Positions 1 to 12,588 of a stretch of 64,000 nucleotides of DNA are shown here, piece by piece. A program made the translations under genes and the position numbers. Under the pieces are notes generated by a model. That model saw nothing but the letters and a program-made list of their open reading frames with translations, did not search any database and was not told where the DNA came from. Source of the DNA: Marsupella aquatica (taxonomy: Eukaryota > Plantae > Marchantiophyta); contig OZ316894.1 in the NCBI GenBank assembly GCA_973895155.1, positions 6,410,234 through 6,474,233 on the forward strand, read 5' to 3'. Position 1 is the first letter of the stretch; the number at the start of each line of letters is the position of its first letter.

Positions 1-1488
1 GAAATTAACAGAGTGGAGACACATGCAGGCCTTGAAAGATCCTGATATGATTTGCCCAGTGTTACAGAGAGTTCTTACTAAAGAACTCTCTTTACAGGAA
101 ATGGGTCACGAATTTACTCGACACAAATTTCAGATGCAGGTGCAGAAGGCCTTCCTCACGTGTCTACACGAGGAGAGTTGGTCAGGTTGTAAAACCAAGT
201 ACCCTGAGCATTGCACAGACAATGTGCTTAAGAATTTTGTACCTGTTTTCCAGACATGGGTAAGATTCTGTCACCTTTCTTCGAATGATTGTTTGAATTC
301 ATTTAATATTTGGAATCCTTGTTTCTAATTCTACAGTTCCTTTTTGTAGAAAGATACCACCTCCCGGAAAAAGAAGGGAGATGAGGAAGGCAAAGATCTC
401 AAGTCATTCCCGGACAAATTCAATGCGCATATTGTGCAAGCCCAAAATTGGCTATCCATGAAAACTTCTAGTCGGCAAACCCAAGAGGGGGAACTTCATC
501 CAAATTCGTTTGAGCATCCAGAGTTTGGTGATCACTATGATATTTTTACTTAAGATGCTCAGCGATTACATGAGGTGGTTCCGGGTCGGGCTTACACATT
601 AGCTTTAGTGGATATTCCCTACGGGTTTGCATTGCCTGGATGTCTTCATGAAGACACTATTGGATGGGGAACTGAGGAGATCACAAAAATGGTCCAATCG
701 TTCAAGGTGGCTACTACTGCAAAGTTGTGGCGTATTATCATTCACCACAGCCTTGACCAATATGAGGCCATCAAGACCGTTTTGAAAGCGGAGTGTAATG
801 GAGGGTTCCAGAATTGTGTGTGGTAAGAAATATTTGTTTTTGAAAAAAACAACTATTAGTTATTCATGATTTCATGAACCATGTTTCTCAATTTAAATAA
901 CTCCTTGACTTTTTGTGACTTTTCAGGGTTAAGGATAATGTGAAGAATGCTGGTGGACCAAGATTGAACAGCAACTTTGAGTGCTTTACAATTGGCTTTC
1001 ACAGCCAGGATGGTAAACGGTCATTGGAGCACTTCAATTTTGACACAAATGAATCAAGGAACAATGTGGTTGTATGCGCAGCTGTGACTAAGAAGCTGAA
1101 ACACAACGGGGATAACAAGGCAGTGAATGTTTATCAGAAACCACGTGCATTGTTAGATTGGGAAGTGAGTCATTTTAGTCAGGTTGGAGACTGGGTTTTG
1201 GATATTTGTTCAGGATCAGGGACTGGGACAACCTCCTCCTTGGCCATGGGGAGACATTGCGTTGCCATTGAGATTGACGAGCGACAGAGCAGTGTGTTGA
1301 AAGGGAGGATTCTTAACCTTGCAGATAACATTGAAGAGGAAGACGGACAGGGGGAGATGGATGAGGAGAGTGAGGAAGACATTCCTCAGGCCGGAGAGGA
1401 TAGCGTGGTTGACGATGCCACAATTGTTCCAGAATTGACGACAGGGACTTCCGGAACCGAGGAAGGGGAAGCGGTCCCTTTGGATTAG
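1..1488 (+). pseudogene. Beta-class amino-DNA methyltransferase (N6_N4_Mtase-like); 3' exons of a spliced gene with one in-frame stop
   Basis: Exons <1-259, 350-822 and 927-1488, joined by GT-AG introns that keep the frame. The catalytic motif LVDIPYG precedes CVWVK..E, QKPRALL and the SAM-binding motif GDWVLDICSGSGT, then CVAIEID; this is the beta-class order. In-frame TAA at 551-553; acidic C-terminal tail; 5' end lies outside the window. Confidence 0.85.
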
Positions 1489-1819
1489 ACTAGATAAATA
1501 GAGGGACTCGTAGCATTTGAAACCACTTGGGCTTAAGTTGGGTTATATTTTGTAAAACTTTGAGTTTGACTTAAACTCTGATCGATGAGTTTGATTTTGA
1601 TTACTTTTATAAAGTGCATATTTCAAGGTTTATACAATTGTGAGAATATCATATAAGATATGCTTAGATTTTGGTGGTAAAATTCTCTTGAGTCTAGTTT
1701 GGAAAATACATACCATTTTTTGGTGGTTTTTTGGTATACACTTTTTAATATCATGAAGATTTTGAAAAGAGAAATAAGGCTTTGGACTCATCCCTTAAGG
1801 CTTCTTGTTGTGGACTCAC

Positions 1820-2348
1820 CTGCAAATAGGTTTGTGGAGGACCGATGGGGTGACTTCAAGACAGACCCATATCATGTATGACTAGGTTTGGCATCAGATG
1901 GGATCAGCCCCTTTGCATTGGCCGGGAAGGCCCAACCATACTCAGTTTGGCCAGTAGTCCTTACAAATTACAACATCCCTCCATGGATGGCCATGAAGAA
2001 AGGTCATTTGCTGCTCTCAATGATTATCCCAGGCCCCAAGCAAGTAAAAAAGATTGATGTTTACTTGCAACCATTGTTGGAGGAGCTTCAACAACTATGG
2101 AGGGGAGTGGATTGCTATGATGGTCGAGTGCTGACGGGTGGTTTACCTCGTGAATTTAAATTAAAAGCCATCGTTATGTGGACCATACATGATCTTCCTG
2201 GTATGTTAAAATATACCTTCCCCAATATTATGCATGGTTTTTTATGGGAGATAATACACTATAGGATAATGTTATATATAAAAGTTTGCCTAGCTATTGT
2301 TTAATGTATTGATTGTGTGTGTTGTAGGGTTTGGATATATCTCTGGGT
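1820..2348 (+). pseudogene. Outer CACTA-type transposase (Transposase_21/Tnp2), 5' portion
   Basis: DPYHV*LGLASDGISPF..YSVWPVVLTNYNIPPW..PGPK..IDVYLQPLLEELQQLW..WTIHDLPG. Intron 2201-2327, then GFGYISG, which is cut by the CACTA insertion at 2349. Confidence 0.9.
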
Positions 2349-2369
2349 CACTAGTGGAAAATAGTGTCC

Positions 2370-3060
2370 TTAATGACTAGAATGAGGACTGAAAAACGAG
2401 TCATATGTACCAATATATGACTAGAGCTTTTCTGTCATATCTGCCTCGTCTTTTAGGACAGTCAATTAAGACAAATGACTAAAAATCTCACCAGTCATTT
2501 ATGGTAGTCCTAAATGACACAATATTTCTGAAATGACATGTTGTCCTAAATGACTAAATGAATGGCAGTCAGTCATTTAGGCATGTCTTTAATGACACAT
2601 ATTTAAACAAATCATATTACAACACGTGGCAACTACGCACGGTTGTCATTATATGTCATTTCAGACATGTCATAAATGACACAATAATAAATCATTTAAG
2701 GTGTCATTTAGTGTATCATTAAAGGTGTCGTACATGGTGTCATTAAAAATGTCATACAAGGTGTCATACAAGGTGTCATTGAGGGTGTCATACATGGTAT
2801 CATACATGGTGTCATTGAGGGTGTCATTGAGGGTATCATTGAGGGTGTCAAACAGGGTGTCATTGAGGGTGTCATATATAGTGTCATACATGGTGTCATT
2901 GAGGGTGTCATTGAGGGTGTCATTGAGGGTATCATATATGGTGTCATTGAGGGTGTCATATATGGTGTCATATATGGTGTCATTGAGGGTGTCATACATG
3001 GTGTCATTGAGGGTATCATTGAGGGTGTCATACAGGGTGTTTTTAAGTAATGTCATTTGG
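2370..3060. repeat. CACTA subterminal repeats: dispersed AATGAC/GTCATT motifs followed by a 12-bp tandem array (GGTGTCATTGAG / GGTGTCATAYAT)
   Basis: Roughly 28 12-bp units at ~2700-3040. They generate the spurious repetitive ORFs at 2670-3182. Confidence 0.9.
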
Positions 3061-3147
3061 GATGTATCTAAGAAGAGCTCATAGTTATATTCAAAATCAC
3101 ATACAATGAATCCACTTAAAACCTTAAACAAAGACATCACTTTGCGC

Positions 3148-3291
3148 ATCATCATTGTATTCAGAAATTCACACTCCAACATTCACAAGCTCTAATATAG
3201 AATAATTGAAAAAACAGAAATCATCATTGTATTCAAAAATTCACATTCCAACATTCACAAGCTCTAGTATAGAACAATTGAAAAAACAGAA
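3148..3291. repeat. 72-bp tandem duplication downstream of the TnpA 3' end
   Basis: ATCATCATTGTATTCA..AAAAAACAGAA at 3148-3219 and again at 3220-3291. Confidence 0.85.
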
Positions 3292-3399
3292 GTCTTTATG
3301 ATGAAGTGATAGAAAGTACACATTTTTCACTCGCATGAGTGAAACAATGGTAACCAAAATATTCAAAAATTCTCTGTTCTACATGATCAGAGAAAATGT

Positions 3400-4065
3400 T
3401 CAACACTTTCGAAGAAACCTTGCATTCCACAATGTATTCATTCCTAACACATTCCGTAAGTGGAGTTGTTTCTCTTCTTTGTTGGGCATTGGCAATGCTG
3501 CATCACCACAATACACTGCCTTAACTAATACTAGTACCCAAGGACTCTCAATCATGACACAATGAAATTTATCCTCTCCTGGTAACCCTGTCACTTCACC
3601 TCTAGCAACAACTGTAGAGCGATCCACAACGCTTCGTACTTCTACAGCATCTCCTTTTGAAAACTGCCACACAAAATTGTTAGGACAAAATAGTATCTTG
3701 TAGTACTGATTTGGGCATATCATCAATTTAAGAACATAAGCCAACTGAAAACAAATTCACCTTTGCTGCTGGATTTGGGGAGAGAACTGGTACTCGTTCA
3801 CTAGGTGAGATAGTGATAGGGGTTGATTTCTTGAATCTCTTTGAAGGCCTAGGTGGTGTAGCCTCTTGTTCCTGAATTGCATTTGACACTATATGTTCAT
3901 CTGTGACAGCAATCTCATCACTCTCACCATTACCAATGCTGCTTTGTACAACGCAAGGTTCCTGCAGTGCTCCCAAATTTGCTTCTCCCATACTTGGCTT
4001 TGGCTTCTGCCTTGTTAAAGTATCTGATTTTTCTCGCTGTGATACAGGATTCTCCCCTGAAGAAG
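3400..4065 (-). CDS. TnpA-like gene of the inner CACTA, last two exons (Tnp1/En/Spm-like C-terminal domain)
   Basis: VVARGEV...KFHCVMI..WVLVLVKAV...AALPMP...L..VLG..TLW matches the TnpA C-terminal pattern. Separated from the upstream exons by the intron that holds the Gypsy elements. Confidence 0.75.
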
Positions 4066-4514
4066 CTACCACAAAAACCAAACAATGAATGCTTAGAAAA
4101 CTTCATTCTAAATTGAAAAATAAACTATTGCATATGTAACATGTTTAGAGTATAAGTGTGACGCCGCCGGTACGGCGGTTAATGAGTGATTCAGTCTAAC
4201 TGCGCTCGGCACGCGCGTTAGGTGGGTCTTAGGCCGCTATTATTAGCATAACGACAGTATTTAGGTAATCATTAGGAGTAGGACATCATTAGGTAATAAG
4301 GGGGACTTCAGGTTCGGGCTGGCGGCGGGTCGCTATTTGCACACCCGGGTTACGAGCGTGGAGGGGCCCCTCCCTCGGGTCCGTATAACGAACTTAAGGA
4401 AGCGGCCACTGACGCACGCTGACTCAGACCGGCGGAGTGGCCGGTACACCACAAGCGTGAGCGGTTCAACCTATGGGCGTCGAGGAGACGTCGGGGATCG
4501 ACAAGCCCTCAAAG

Positions 4515-4521
4515 TATAAAA
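4515..4521 (+). promoter_or_regulatory. TATA box in the LTR of element A, upstream of the LTR-encoded ORF
   Basis: TATAAAA followed by GGGGAG, a pyrimidine-rich leader and ATG at 4623. Confidence 0.55.
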
Positions 4522-5934
4522 GGGGAGCCAACCCTTTGTAGTGCACCAGTCCATCAGTCCGCGCGCCAGCTTTGACCCCAACTCTCTCGTTCTCTCTAGG
4601 TCGCCACTACTATCTCCTCTGAATGTCGCACACGATCCTCTCCAGCTCGGCCATTCGATTCTGGACGCAGTTCCTATCTACCGGAAGGCACTTGGCCGAT
4701 TCATTGAAACACGCCAACCCGCGCCGATACGAGATCGAACGCGAATACGAGAGAGCCATCCGCCTAGCAGGACGACACCACTACGTCCTTAACTTTGACT
4801 ACCCATCTCAGAGCGAGCTTTACCGACCAGCTGAGGTATCTGGGTACTTCTTCAACGGAGACAAATATATCGGGTTCTGGGAAGCATTGCTTCGGCTTCC
4901 GGACGAGGTCTTCAATATCCCGGGTACAATCGACCTGCAGCGACATCACTTCGACCACATCCCTGCCCAGGTTCGGGCGGTCATTAACGGTGAGTCCAGT
5001 ACCAACCGTTCGACAAGGGCGTCCGCACTCGCTTCGGAGAACTTCTACCAGCACCTACAGAGCTTCATGGGAACTCGGCCATCAACCAACATGACCAACT
5101 CAGCCGGACCCATACCCGTACCCGTACCCGTGCCCATGCAACCTCAGCTTCAGCTTCAGCCTCAGCCGCAGCCTAGCCAAACCCCCCCACCTATCACCCA
5201 GCCAGCACAAGTACGCTCCGTCATCAACGTTGTGGATCTTAGCGATGACGACGAGGCTACCCCACCCTTGACCAGGCGGCCCAGAGGAACAAGCGCTCGG
5301 GGGGCCGACACTATACCGTCCCCACCCCCTGCTCTGACCCCAGGAGCGGCCCCAGCAGACAACTTGGTGACCGTGGCCGCCCCGGGCCCGTTACCAACCG
5401 TAGTGGCACTCCCCAGGCCCGATCGGGAGGATGGGGAAGTATCACCTTCCCCGAGTCAGTCACGGGGAAAGAAGAGGAAGGAATCCGCCAGTGCATCCGG
5501 GTTATCGTTGGCCACGGTAGCCGTAGCCAAGGTAACGATGCATCGCATGGGGGAAAACGTTCACAGCAACATCCTCCATCCCAAGCATGTGGTGTACCTG
5601 AAGACTCAGGGATTTGAGCACCTCGCCTCTCTCCCCTGGAACACTTGCAGGTACTACGGGGAGGACATGACAGAATTCGTCAAGAATTATGACGACGTAC
5701 GTCAACAGACTCGGCTGCGGGGAAGGAATATGTCCCTCACAGAAGAACGGCTCAAGATGATCTTCGGGTTACCCGAAGGTGACCATCGAGTCGAATCACG
5801 GGCTCCCGGGGGCAAGGGGGCCAAGTACCAATCTTCAAGTTTTCCCTCAGAGGGATCAGTAGACAACGGGTTCGTGATGAGGACCTGCCTCATGCCCGAG
5901 ATAGCTGAGCGGCTGGAGTTCCAGAGGTACGCTC

Positions 5935-8900
5935 TGTGATGCCTAGACAGGAATCACTCGGCCGGTTAAGTGGGTAAAGCAGGAAGGCACCCTAGGAACA
6001 CCTTAGTATAGGGACAAAACAAGGAAAATATAAACAATTAGGGGCAACCATGGAACCCGGGCAGAGGCCGGAGGTAAGGCTGAGGGTGAAAACCCGATTA
6101 GGGTTAGGGCGCGTTAAGCGTTGGCGGCTAGGAAGGATCAACGGGAAGAAGGACCGGCAGAGGAGAGGGGTAAGGAGCGCTTGCAGGAGATGGTGGCTCA
6201 TTTGCGAGCACGAACTAGGCAGACGACTACGGGAGGCCAACTACTGTCAACTGCTTAGGCAAGCACTCGGGGAGAGAATAGATACCGACGATCGACCTAA
6301 GGAGGGTATGAGCAACGTCAATCAAGCGGCACATTTCTGGGGATGCCTGTTCGAACGGGCAACTGAGTACATCAAGACTTACAAGGACGAGGAGTCAGAA
6401 AGGGCAGCTCGAGAACGGCAGGAGCTCGCTCGATTGTGGGAGCTACAGAAGACGGCTTTCTTAGGAGGCGAACTCATCAAGGACGAGTTCCTGTGGACGC
6501 CTACTTCCAATCAACTCGACAATCTTCTGTTTTGCAAAGACAGCGTCGTCGGCATCCGAGAGGCCATCAAGAACTGCAATGACATACACTGGGAATTAAA
6601 GGGTAGCACGGAAAGGTGGACCCAGGCAACGGTGCTAGGAGAAACCTCCACGGCAGCAGAGATGAAGAGGAAGGGGGCCGTCAACGATGAAGCCACCCCG
6701 GCAAAAAGAACGAGGTCGGCGGCACCAAAGAGGCCAGCCGAGCAGCAGAGCAGGAGGCAGGGAGAAGCCGAAGAGGAGGAGGTCGATCCCATCAAGGCCA
6801 TTCCAACCAGGGATGACACCTGGAAGGGCTGGGCGGCAACCCTACCGGTGGAGGTGCAACTACATTTTGCACGGGAGGAGGATGCATGCTTTACGGCCAT
6901 GCAGACCAAGAAGTACCAAGGCTTCATGGCCGGATCCGGCTTGGAGGCCTTTGTAAGATTACCATGGCTGAAGCCGGAGGTACCGGAGTCAGACCTATTA
7001 GAATTCGTGGGGTCATGGGAACCCGAGACCAATTGCACGAGGATATATGGGAAGGATTTCTATCTTACTCCCAAGGTAATTGCCGAAGTGTTTGGCTTGC
7101 CGATAGGCAATAAGACCAAAGTTGATACCAGGAAGACCTTGCCTGACAAGGAGTTCCGGTCGTTCCCCGGGCCATCAACGAAGAATGGCTTCTTCCGGAA
7201 CACCTGCACCAACCCGCACATAGGAGAGATGATCGACTTCTTGCGGGTGACCATGCATTGTAACTTGCCGAGGGCAGAGATCGGCAAGGCACAGGTCTAT
7301 CTGGTAGAAAGGCCAGACCCAAGCCGGGACTACAACGGGTACCTCCTCAACCAATTGAAGAAGATCTTAAAGGAGGAGCAGCAGGTAATTGGCATGGGGA
7401 GCGTGTCGCGGCTTGGCTATCACATGCCGCTGTTGTGCCGGTATGCCAGAGGTCAGACTTTTGCCCCGGTACTTCCCCTGCAGGTAAGGGCACCCGAGGA
7501 AGCTCCAACGCCAAGGCCGTTGGCTGAGAAGCCTCAACCACCTGTTAGTCCTACGATCGAGCAAGTGTTTAGGCCCAGGAAGGAAGACTTGCCGATGCAG
7601 CAACCAGGCATGCAGAGTCTGCTGAAACTACTGGAGAAAGAAAAGAAATCAGCATCGGCAACAACAACGGCAACGGCAACAATGCAGGACACTACTACAG
7701 AGGTAGGCCTACACCGGCTCACAAGAGAAAACCCCTTTGCTGGAGACAAGGAGAGAATCAGGCCGGAATCCAAGCCAGGTGTTCGAATGTACGTGGGAAC
7801 CTCAAGCTCCGAATCTGAGGCAGAATTGCCTGAAGCTCCTACCGACGAAGAGGAGAGGGAGAAGCCGGACGTCCAAGAGGTAGAGGAGGCAGTGGAGGAC
7901 TGCAGCCATGATAATTCCGGCTATGGGTCAGACCATCACGTTCCAGGAGTAAGGACCTGTGGCCGGTTTGTCCCCACACTTCCAAGGGTAGTGCGAGGGG
8001 ACCCCAACCAGCAAAGTAGCCCTGAGTCTCCCCCACCAGATGTTGCTCCCCCGAGCTTCGACGGCATAAAACAGACGGTGCAGGAATTTCAGGAGCGAAT
8101 CAAGCAGGAGGAAGAGGCCGCCCTGGCTAAGGAAAAGGATTTACCAGGAGGAGATTGGCCGGAGGACATCAGGCGGCTAGCCGAAAAAGGAAGCAAACCT
8201 CTAGCCACGATTGAAGAGATCCGCAGGACGGCTTGGGAGCAAAGGCCACGATGGGCGATGCCGATCACTTCTACTTACTCCACCTACGCTAAGAATAGAG
8301 CCATGGAGTATGGTGAGATGTGTGGGGAACTTGCGCTCGGCATCTTTGGAGAGGAGTTGGAGGTAGGACCCTTTTTCCATAGGGAGCAGTTGGAGAAGCA
8401 CCAATTAGAAGAAGCGGTGGCTTTAGAGAGAAGCAAGAAGGACGAGGTCATTCGGCGGCTTAGGAGGATGGAAGCCGAGATTGAAGATCTAAGGGCGGCC
8501 AAGAAAGCCCAAGATGAACTGCGGATTAAACGACATGAGCTGAACATCATGCAGGGGCAGTTGGACACCGCGCAGGCTGATAATCAGAATATCAAGGATA
8601 AACTAACTCAGACGCAGGGAGAGTTGGCCAACACGATCAAAGAGAGGGAGAAGTGGAAGCAAGAGCTGAAGAATACAGAGGAGGCCCACATAACAGCCAA
8701 CAGCCGGGCCATGGCGGAGACCCAAAGAAAGGAATGGGCGTTGAAAGGGGAGCTCGAGAAAATCCGCGGAGCCCTTGAGCAAAAGGAGGTCGAGTTAGGG
8801 AAATCCTATCAAGGGATTATGGCGCTGCAGCAGGAGCTTGCGTCCCTGACGGCCAGCTTCAAGACCGACCTAAGGGAGAAGGACGAGATGCTCGAACAGA

Positions 8901-9339
8901 CTTACGCCAAGATGAACCAGATGGAGTCTGTCATCATTGCAGAGCTCGACAAGGAGCTAAGAGCAACCCAGGAGGAGAGGGCTACCTTGAAGAAGGAATT
9001 GGAGGAAGCCCACAGGGAGCAGGAGGAGGCCAAAAACGAGCTGGAGGGGGCACGTAAGGACCTGGATGAAACCCAAGAGGAGTTGGAGGAAATCACGAGG
9101 AAGATGGAGAACCTACAGCGGCGGGCCGACAACCAAACAGAGCGGCTGAAGAAACAAGCCGCAGTATTTAAATGCTTAGCTGCAGCAGGTCCATCTCCCA
9201 TTGGGACAAACCAGTTACCAGGGGTGGTAATTGCCGAAGGACAAGCCGCGCCAACTGCACCAGTGCCGGAAGTAAGTGGGAAGGGGAAGGGACCAGCTAC
9301 CGAGCCACCAACGAAGAAGAAGCGGAAACCTTCAGGGTC
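5935..9339 (+). repeat. Inverted copy of the first 3405 bp of the element-B LTR (pairs with 16765-20169)
   Basis: Colinear reverse-complement match of about 99% by eye; the ORF translations differ at about a dozen residues. Confidence 0.97.
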
Positions 9340-9391
9340 CCCACTTAATTGTGAAGCGTCCTCGCGAACAACTTCATCTTCGTCCATATAG
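6050..9391 (+). CDS. LTR-encoded protein of element B, inverted copy (1113 aa, open frame, chimeric C-terminus)
   Basis: Uninterrupted ORF with a PMD-like core (IYGKDFYLTPKVIAEVFGLPIG) and a long coiled coil. The last ~16 residues come from the antisense strand of the integrase end. Confidence 0.75.
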   Translation: MEPGQRPEVRLRVKTRLGLGRVKRWRLGRINGKKDRQRRGVRSACRRWWLICEHELGRRLREANYCQLLRQALGERIDTDDRPKEGMSNVNQAAHFWGCLFERATEYIKTYKDEESERAARERQELARLWELQKTAFLGGELIKDEFLWTPTSNQLDNLLFCKDSVVGIREAIKNCNDIHWELKGSTERWTQATVLGETSTAAEMKRKGAVNDEATPAKRTRSAAPKRPAEQQSRRQGEAEEEEVDPIKAIPTRDDTWKGWAATLPVEVQLHFAREEDACFTAMQTKKYQGFMAGSGLEAFVRLPWLKPEVPESDLLEFVGSWEPETNCTRIYGKDFYLTPKVIAEVFGLPIGNKTKVDTRKTLPDKEFRSFPGPSTKNGFFRNTCTNPHIGEMIDFLRVTMHCNLPRAEIGKAQVYLVERPDPSRDYNGYLLNQLKKILKEEQQVIGMGSVSRLGYHMPLLCRYARGQTFAPVLPLQVRAPEEAPTPRPLAEKPQPPVSPTIEQVFRPRKEDLPMQQPGMQSLLKLLEKEKKSASATTTATATMQDTTTEVGLHRLTRENPFAGDKERIRPESKPGVRMYVGTSSSESEAELPEAPTDEEEREKPDVQEVEEAVEDCSHDNSGYGSDHHVPGVRTCGRFVPTLPRVVRGDPNQQSSPESPPPDVAPPSFDGIKQTVQEFQERIKQEEEAALAKEKDLPGGDWPEDIRRLAEKGSKPLATIEEIRRTAWEQRPRWAMPITSTYSTYAKNRAMEYGEMCGELALGIFGEELEVGPFFHREQLEKHQLEEAVALERSKKDEVIRRLRRMEAEIEDLRAAKKAQDELRIKRHELNIMQGQLDTAQADNQNIKDKLTQTQGELANTIKEREKWKQELKNTEEAHITANSRAMAETQRKEWALKGELEKIRGALEQKEVELGKSYQGIMALQQELASLTASFKTDLREKDEMLEQTYAKMNQMESVIIAELDKELRATQEERATLKKELEEAHREQEEAKNELEGARKDLDETQEELEEITRKMENLQRRADNQTERLKKQAAVFKCLAAAGPSPIGTNQLPGVVIAEGQAAPTAPVPEVSGKGKGPATEPPTKKKRKPSGSPLNCEASSRTTSSSSI

Positions 9392-12300
9392 TATTTCTTG
9401 AGGCGGTCATAATGGATGCGAACTGGATATACCTCTCCCGTAATGTTGGCCAATTGTACGGAGCCATTGGGGAACATCATGGTTACTCTAAAGGGTCCTA
9501 ACCAGCGAGTGTAAAGCTTTCCTGGAAACCTACTATACCTACTGTCATAAAGTAGCACAAGATCACCGGTATGAATACTAACTACTTTTAACCTTTTATC
9601 ATACTGCTGCTTCATGATATTCTGTCTATATTCTACTCTCTCGGCTGAAATCATTCTCGCTTCCTCTAAAGCTTCTAACCTATATTCTCGCTCCTTTAGG
9701 CTCTCCTCCGCTGAGGCTCTTTCCTCAATTGTAACTTGAAATGTCGGTATCTCAAGTTGCATGGGTACCAGGGCTTCTTGTCCAAAGGTTAAGAAGAAGG
9801 GTGTATGACCGGTAGTGGATTTATAGGCAAGATTGTAAGCAAAAACAGCAGCAAACAATTTATCATCCCAATCGAGTTTGTTCTGAGCTACTGTCTTGTT
9901 CAATATCTTTCCTATGATTCCGTTTGCTCATTCTGTCAACCCGTTTGCCTTTGGATGGTAGGGAGTAGTAGGCCTATGTTTAACTAAATACTGCTCATTT
10001 AAACGACTAATTATATCATTCAAAAAATGGGTTCCTCTATCACTAACTAATTCTAGGGGTGCTCCATACCTGGTGAAGATCTGCTCATACATGAATCTAG
10101 CCATCGTAATTGCATCATCCTTCGTTGTTGGTCTGGCCTCTATTCATTTAGTTGCATAATCCGTAGCCAGGATTATATACTTGTTCCGTCGAGGGTGGGT
10201 CAGTGGTTTCAGAGGTCCAATGTAATCAATACCCCACTTCTCGAATGGTGCCAGAGGTAGAATAGGGTGCAGTGGATGCCTGGTGGACGCCCTTGGTCCT
10301 CCCGCTCGTTGACAAGGATCGCATTGTTTGATAAACTGATAGACATCTTTGTGCAAGGTGGGCCACCAGTAACCGGCATTTAATATCTTCTTAGACGTGG
10401 TTACTGGGGCAAAATGTCCTCCGGCCTCCTCTCCATGCATGGCCCGTAGGACTCGTTTTACCTCTCTCTTTTCCAAACATCTTTGAATCGTGCCGTTGAT
10501 TCCATGCTTGTGCAGTATGCCTTTAATGCACTGATACCGTCTGACCTTCCGCACAAAGACTGCGGCTTGCTCTCGGCTTAATCCTGGCTGTAATCTGGAA
10601 GTGCTGAGAAATTGTAAAATCTCAGGGTACCATGTACCAGCTATTTCCACAACGAATAGCTCCTCGTCGGGGAATCGATCATCAATGCAATCCGTGGCAG
10701 GTTTACCTGTGATCCTTGAAAAGAAGTCGGCATTGGCATGTAACTTTCCCGGCTTGATCCTCAGCTCATAGTCAAACTCCTGTAATAGCAAAATCCATCT
10801 TGCTACTCTGCCTGTAAGGTCCGGCTTATTGACTAGGTACTTCAAACTTTCATGATCAGTATGAAAGATTACCTTGTACCCTAGTAAATAATGCCTAAAC
10901 TTTTTACAAGAATAAATGACTCCTAATGCTTCTCTTTCCGTGGTAGAGTAGTTCCGTTCGGCATCGGCAAGCTGACGGCTTGCGAAGTATATGGGATGGT
11001 CCCTTCCTTTCTCATCCAACTGACTTAGTACTGAGCCAATACAGAAGCCCGAGACATCTACAAAAACATGAAAATCTTTGTTCCAGTCCGGTGCTATCAT
11101 GACTGGGGCCTCTACTAACATCTGCTTCAATTCTACCACCGCTGTGACTCGTTCGGGTGTGGGTTCGAAGTCTGCTCCTGCCTTGAGCATATTGGTTAAT
11201 GGTAAAGCCAGCTTGGCAAAATCCTTGATGAACCGGCGATAGTAACCAATGCATCCCAAGAAGGATCTTACATCCTTTATGTTCTTAGGTTGCATGATAT
11301 CTAGCCATACTGCTAGCTTACCTTTGTCAATCTCAATGCCCTTCCTTGATACCTTGTGACCTAGTAGCACCCCCTCGGTTACTGCAAAAAAACATTTATC
11401 TGGGTGTAACTTGAGACCCACCTCTCTACATCTCATGAAGGTTTTCCTGAGGTATTTAGCATGTTTCGATGCCTTCCCGAATACTGCAAAGTCATCAATG
11501 AAGATTTCCATGAACTTTCTCAAGTAATCATGAAAAATGTTCACCATTAATCGTTGGAACATAGCTGGTGCGTTGCAGAGTCCAAACGGCATACGATTGA
11601 AGACATAGATCCCCCATTCCGTGATGAAGGCCGTCTTGATTTGGTCTTCCTGCCGAATCCTGATTTGGTTATAACCAGAGTATCCATCCATGAATGAATA
11701 TAGTTCATGACTGGCTACCATGTCTAGTACCATATCAGTAAACGGTAAAGGAAAATGGTCTTTTAATGTTGCTTCATTCAGCTTCCTGTAATCCTGACAA
11801 ACCCGGATCTTGGGTTTACCATCGGGTCCAGCTTTCTTGGGAACTATCACAATTGGAGACACCCAGTCTGAATGCAGGACTGGAGTGATGAATCCAGCTT
11901 CCACTAGTTTGTCGATTTCTGTTTTGACCAGCAGGGAATACTTCGGGTTCATCCTTTGAATTGGTTGTCGAAATGATTTGGCTCCTAACATGAGATCAAT
12001 TCGATGTTCCCCTAGTGTTGGATCTACTCTCTTTAGATCTTGGTGACTCCATGCAAACACATCCTGAAATTCAATCAATAAGTCACTGATCTCTTTCTCG
12101 AGCTCAGGTGCTAGGTTTCTCCCTAAGTTCAGTTCTCTTCCCTCTCCTAAGTCGAGCTTCCGATATTGCCATGCTTGGATCATATTAATCTGCTTCTTCA
12201 AATTCGGGTCCAGTTCGGCTTCCAGTCTCTCTAATCTCATACCTCCATAAACTAGGATCTCGGCTGGACTAGCCGAGTCGGTCCCTTCCTTGGTGTCCAT

Positions 12301-12588
12301 AGATTGTCCCCTTACCGGTCTATTCGGTTTTGAATTAGTGGTCGGCTCCCCTTCCTGCCTTGGCTCTGGATCGTGTCTGTCCATCTCATCCACTTCTTGC
12401 TCCTGAGAGTTAGGCCGTTGTGCTCTCTCGGCTTCTAATAGGGCCTCAATTTGTTCTGCCCTCGTAATCGGCTTGTATGCCGATCCCTTGGTATTTAATT
12501 CCTTGCCGATGATCGATGGCGTTGTGGACCCCGTCGGCTCTGCCACAACGCCTGCAGAAAATCCACTGTCCCTGCTACTGCTCCCCAC
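9340..12588 (-). pseudogene. pol: Element B pol: reverse transcriptase, RNase H, integrase
   Basis: RT: SPIVIVPKK, DYRKLN, DGYSGYNQI, MPFGLCNAP, FIDD. RH: DVSG, EREAL, TDHESL. INT: H..GGH/CDPC zinc finger, WGIDYIGP, SDRGTHF, GPF motif. In-frame stops at 10144 and 9928. Confidence 0.95.

Noticed and set aside
2670-3182. Repetitive ORFs on both strands (DTLN/DTMY, VSLR, MTPS)
   Set aside because: By-products of the stop-poor 12-bp subterminal array; no domain or splice evidence.
4135-4156. TGTAAC at 4135 as the start of LTR A
   Set aside because: TGTGACGCCG at 4157 matches the LTR 3' end better (8/10) and coincides with the shift to higher GC.
8902-9339. C-terminal extension of the integrase ORF as a real domain
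   Set aside because: It is antisense read-through into the inverted LTR copy.
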